NCBI RefSeq assembly: GCF_001194135.2
Contig: NC_068982.1
Location: forward strand, 84,130,219-84,194,218
DNA: 64,000 nucleotides
DNA from: Octopus bimaculoides
Taxonomy: Eukaryota
Direction: 5' to 3'
Shown: in pieces, positions 59,060 to 64,000 of the stretch
Numbering within the stretch: position 1 is the stretch's first letter
Layout of the letters: the number at the start of each line of letters is the position of its first letter
Notes under the pieces: model-generated
Seen by the model: the letters and a program-made list of their open reading frames with translations, nothing else
What the model was told of the DNA's origin: nothing
Databases searched by the model: none
Position numbers and translations under genes: made by a program

Positions 59060-60225
59060 AACACAGACTCTGTTGTCTGTCTTACCCTTCCTAACGCCAA
59101 TCACTTTACAGAGTATACTGGGTGCTTTTTATGTGGCAGCAATATAGGTAATTTTTACATATCACCAGTACCAACGGTGTTACCAAGTAATTTGCAAGGC
59201 AGAGATCCCCTAACTGGGAGAGAGAGTGGTACTGAGGGTGGTGGCTTTGTGCCCATTGAAAGGTCAAAGTATAATACAGGAATAAATATAGGTGTCTTAT
59301 TATAGAGGAGATATTGGCTACCCCAGTAGGAAAAGAAATGAGAGGAAAGAGAGATAAACTTAGAGAGAAAGACGGAGTGAGAGAGATAGAAATATTAGAG
59401 ATGTATTTGGACATTACCACAAGGTACAGTGGGGTGAATATAAGTGGTATAGAGGGGAATTTTTCATAAGAGTGTGAGGGAAGATGTTTAGTGATAGATA
59501 AGAGGTGACTATCAAGTGATGGTAAGAGAAATTGAAAAAGCTGGGTGGGGGGCTGTATGTGAGAGCATGAGTGTCTGTTGGTAGGCATGTGAAGGAGAGA
59601 AGAGGGGTGACCTGCAGTGAGTGGTAATCAATGGTAGGGCAAAGAAGGTGTTGGAAAGATGGGTTGTGGGGGAATTTTGATAGGAGATAGATTGTCTGTG
59701 GTGAGGATGGTATGGCCACAAATAACATGCCTGTAAGGCCATGATTTTACTCAGTTTATTGTCTTCTCAGACTCAGCAAATTACCAGACGTTTCAGTCCC
59801 TTGTCATCTTTGTGTTGCACAACATCTGAAGATTATTTCTCACATCTTCCTGGGTCTACCTCTTCTACCAGTTCCCTCCACAATTAGCATTCCTTTATGC
59901 ATCTGTTGACATCCATATGCATCACATGGCCATACCTTCACAGTCTTCTTTCTTGCACACCGCAACTGATACCTCTTGTACCCATGAAAGAGGACAGAAA
60001 CAGGTGTGCTGCTGTAGAGGAGATTTTCACTTTGTCATATGTGTGCACTTACATTGCACATCCAACAGAGCATGCTTGCTCTGCAGTCACATCCCATGGT
60101 GCACTGCCATGTAGCACAGCTGTCTGTACATAGGCATTGTACAGTCTGCCTTTCACTCTGAGGGAGAGGCCCTTTGTTACCAACAATAGTAATAGCTCTC
60201 TGAACTTTGTCCAGCTGGTTCTTTT
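59060..60225 (-). mobile_element. Older RTE-family copy, interrupted at its 5' side by a MITE
   Basis: RT C-terminal remnant (WTKFRELLLLLVTKGLSLRVKGRLYNAYV) at about 59820-60220 plus purine-rich UTR. Confidence 0.65.
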
Positions 60226-60242
60226 ATATATATATATATATA

Positions 60243-60823
60243 GGATCTTTTTTAAAACGGGGGCCACATTTTTCATTAATGTTTTACGTAGTGTTTTTGG
60301 TACCGAAAGACTTTCAAACTTCGTATACTTATCTATTTTGTGTTATAGAACAGAAAAATATTTTTGTATTCTAATTTATTTCATGTAAAAAATTGTCTTA
60401 TTTCGATAATTTCAACCAAACACTGACAAGTATTCAGTTGTTTACATTTACTCCTTTGGCTCATTAAGCGATGTAAAGCGTATTTAATCTCCATACCTTC
60501 GTTTTATTTGCTCTTTTCATTTTAAATTTGCTTTAACCCTAACCCTAACCCTTAGGGTTAGAGTTAGGGTTAGGGTTAGGGTTAATTGTTTCAGAATCGT
60601 TTGTTTATGTAGTCGGCACTTAATGTATATCGGCTGAATGGACGTCAGTGATTGGTTGAAATTACAGAAATACGACAACTTTAACATGGAATAATTTATG
60701 GATTTCTTTTTTTTTTAAGAAGACTAAGAGAAAAAGATGTTTTATATGACACATTCTACCAGTGTTCCAAGTTTCAAAGTGTTTCGTTAATGAAAAATGT
60801 GGCCCCCGTTTTAAAAAAGATCC
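60243..60823. mobile_element. MITE with ~38-bp TIRs in (TA)n and a central CCCTAA/TTAGGG palindrome
   Basis: 60241-60280 against the reverse complement of 60786-60825 match 39/40; aaccctaaccctaacccttagggttagagttagggttaggg at about 60535-60583. Confidence 0.9.
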
Positions 60824-62104
60824 TATATATATATATATGTGCATGTGTGTGTGTTTTTGTATGTATGTGTGTATACATATGTGTATGTGTGTGTAGGAGA
60901 GATATATTTATACATGTGCATGTATGGATGGATATAAATATGTTTATATAAATTAAAATAAAATAAATGAATAGTTATGTAGTGAATCTTGCAGGCATGA
61001 AGTGGATTCAATCCACTATACCCAAATTTAAATTAACACTGCGTCAGAACTTTTCCCACAGTGGAACAATGGTTGTGATCTGACAGCAGTTTAATATTTT
61101 CCAGATGCCTTTGGCTGGGCCGAAACAATGTCTTCACCACTTGACCCTTTCTAACCTCTTCTACTCCGTCAAAATCTAGAATAGAGATAACAAGACCACC
61201 AGCTAAATCCATTGTTCTCAGTAATATATCTATCCTTCTAGATAGTTATAAAAACAGGAGACCCCAAGCCAAACAGTCAGTAGTCACGTGGGGACACAGA
61301 GCGAAGTAACTAGTGACAACTCAATTAGTTAGGAAACGGTCATCTACAGATATAGTCACAAGCAGGCAGCGACCTAAAGACAAAACGATCAAAGGGAGAA
61401 AGAAGTTTACAACCAGCCAACTATGAGACACAACTTTCCTCGACTCTATAACTATCACTAGCTCGCATCCTTTTCTCGGTAACATTACCCTATCTTTATC
61501 TATATATATACTACTATGAGAAAGTGTACATACATATACAGGCTGAAATCAACTTTCTTTACCTTGCATGTTTTACGTACAAACTGTTATACTATTACAC
61601 TAACCTACTCGTCGTGGTATGGCATTTATTAACGTAACGGTAAATAAATATTTATATAAAAATTTCGATCACTCTTCATCATTCATCTTATAACCTGTTA
61701 CAATTGGTAAATAATACTTATTGTTACAATTGGTGACACATCAACTACACAACACAAAAACATTTATCGTTACAGTTATCTTTGAATCCAAAATATATTA
61801 CATTAAATAAAGATTCTTAGCAAAACAATTGTTGTAAAATTTCAAATCCTTTAATTTCTTTGTTGCTATTTCTTGGTACAACATGGGTTTGAATACACCA
61901 ATCATTAAATTATTTTTAAACAATCAAGATTGCATATTACCCAACAACAGTGTGTGGTCTTCATCGTTGCTTTCTATGCAGATAATGGATTACTTCACTG
62001 TCAGCTTTGCATGATTCTGCCTAGCCAATCAGTGCCATACTACTTGTTGATGTGCGTCAATTCTTTACAAATCCTATGTAACTAAAATATGTATACATAC
62101 ATAT

Positions 62105-64000
62105 TTATCATCATCATTGTTTAATGTCTGTCTTCCATGCATGCATGGGTAGGATGGTTGACAGGAGCCAGCCAGGTAGATGACTACCCCAGGCTACTGT
62201 GTCTGTTTTGGCAGGGTTTTTACTGCTGAATGCCCTTCCTAACACCAACCTCTCTACAGAGTGGACTCTGCTTTTTATGTGGTACTAGCACAGGCGAGTT
62301 AGTTTTGGCATGATTTTTACATCTGGATGCCCTTCCAAATGCCAATCACTTGACAGTATACATGCTTTTAATATGGCACCAGTACTGGCAGGGTCATCAA
62401 GATATTTGTAAGACAAGGAATTACGAGAGGGGCAGAGAGGCATTTGAGGAGGGGACTTGTGTCAGAGGACGAAAAGTTAGAATGTGACAGAGAGGCAGAA
62501 ACAGGTGTCTTGTTATAATGGAACGGGGGGCATTGGAGGAGGTGATGTGGTGTAAAATGATGAAAAGTTAGAGTGTGACAGAGAAATAGAGAGGCAGAAA
62601 CCGGTATCTTGCTATAGAAGAGGTATACGGTTACCCAGTGAGAGAGAGAGAGAGAGAGGAAGAGAGGTACATGAAAGACAGAAACAAGTGTGCTGATCTA
62701 AAGGAGATACCTTGTCAGAAGGAAAAGCAAAAAAAGAATAGAGAGAGTGATCAAGAGGAGGGCAGAAATAGGTGTGCTGCTGTAGAGGAGATACATGGCT
62801 ACCCAGCTTGAGGGAAAGAGAGGGAGAGTGGGAAACAGCAAAAATACAAAAGAGAGCAGGAGAGAGATGGTGAAGTGCCAGGGTATATTCACAAGTAACA
62901 AGGATCAAAGCTTAGATGTGATGGTAGAGTAAGGAAGAGAGCAGTACTGAGGTCATCATATGCACTTTCGGGTATTGCCTAGAAGGTACAAGTAAGAAGT
63001 GGGGATTGCAGTGACTGGTAAAAACCTAAGTATAAAAATGGGTGGGTTAAAGCAGTGATACAGGGAGCAATGCAGGGAAAGGGATTGGAAGGTAATCATA
63101 GTTTATGAAGAGAAAATGTGAGGAAAAAGATGCAGCTTAGAAGAGATGTAGTTTGGTTTCTTAGGGTAGGGTGTGTGAAAAGTTTGTTGTTAAATGTGGT
63201 TGGTACACAATGCTTCTTGCACTCAGTTTCACTGACGTGGGCGGGTCTTCTCTAGAACTTCATTTTGCCAAACATCTCAGTTCATTGTCATTTCCGCCAT
63301 GTGCCCTAACATCCTCAGATCGGTCCTCACCACTTCATCTCATGTCTTCCTGAGTCTCCCTCTTCCACAGATGTCATCCACTTCAATGACAGGTGCTTCT
63401 CTATACAGCTGTCTTTACTCATATGCATCACTTGTCCAAACCCACGCATTCTCCTCTCCTGCATGCCACATTTAATCCCTCTTCTGCTTAACTTTTCTTT
63501 CAACACAGTTGTGCTTTGTTAGTTATACACATTGATGTTGCACATCCAACAGTGCATACTTCATTTTTCTCCAGTCTGCACATGTCCTCTGCATTCAGAA
63601 CCCATGTCTCACTACCATGGAGTATAGCTGTTTGCACACAAGCATCATGCAATCTACCTTTCACTCTGAGAGAGAGTTCTTTTGTTGCCAACAGAGGTAA
63701 TAGCTTTCTGAACTTCCTCTATCCTATTCTTATTTTAGAAAAAATAATTTCAGAGCATCCTCCACCATTGCTCATTTGGTCACTTAAGTAACAGAAACTA
63801 TCTACAACCTCAAAAGAGCCACCTGGGAATTTGATAGAGTCTAAGTCCCTCATGTTCTTATTGCTTATTGTTCCTACACATCAGCCATACATGAAAGTGA
63901 CCTTATCTGTTAACCTACCGGCAATTGCATTGCATCACTGATATGTCCATAGCTTACACTTGGTGCAGCATATGGAATTACTTCCCATTTCTTTCCTACA
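62105..64000 (-). mobile_element. Older RTE-family copy with a ~1.1-kb 3' UTR and a decayed PHD; continues off the window edge
   Basis: (CAT)n at about 62107; RT C-terminus at 63230-63800 (KELSLRVKGRLHDACV); PHD remnant NSICCTKCKLWT at about 63940-63990. Confidence 0.75.

Noticed and set aside
61498-62040. Helitron-like 5' start (atctatatatatactactatgag)
   Set aside because: No hairpin-CTAG 3' end found downstream, so the element could not be supported.

Overview
Repeat-saturated eukaryotic (animal) genomic scaffold with many N-gaps and (TA)n/(CA)n/(GA)n microsatellites. The SINE and RTE families resemble those I associate with octopus/cephalopods; this is recognition, not a verified assignment. 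I could not support any intact host gene, rRNA, genuine tRNA or CRISPR array. The window is a mosaic of decayed transposons. Retroelements: at least nine pieces of one RTE-clade LINE lineage (APE endonuclease + RT, (GAT)n tail), a second BovB-like RTE, a Penelope-like element, a Ty3/Gypsy element with two CCHC knuckles interrupted by an RTE, and tRNA-derived SINEs. DNA elements: two Tigger/pogo elements with TIRs and TA duplications, a hAT family (one copy with an 8-bp TSD), a Merlin/ISXO2 transposase, non-autonomous Helitrons, a rearranged Helentron-type remnant (OTU, Rep, PIF1 helicase), and several telomere-repeat-carrying MITEs. The most notable observations are: (1) the Penelope-like 3' end carries a tRNA-like Pol III A/B-box cassette directly upstream of a minimal hammerhead ribozyme; (2) a C4HC3 PHD finger is inserted inside the RT domain of the main RTE family and is absent from the second RTE; (3) a USP (C19)-like deubiquitinase remnant lies beside the OTU-bearing Helentron; (4) the RTE 3' UTR holds a variable array of GCCAGT-N8-ACTGGC hairpins; (5) several distinct MITEs carry TTAGGG tracts between their inverted ends.
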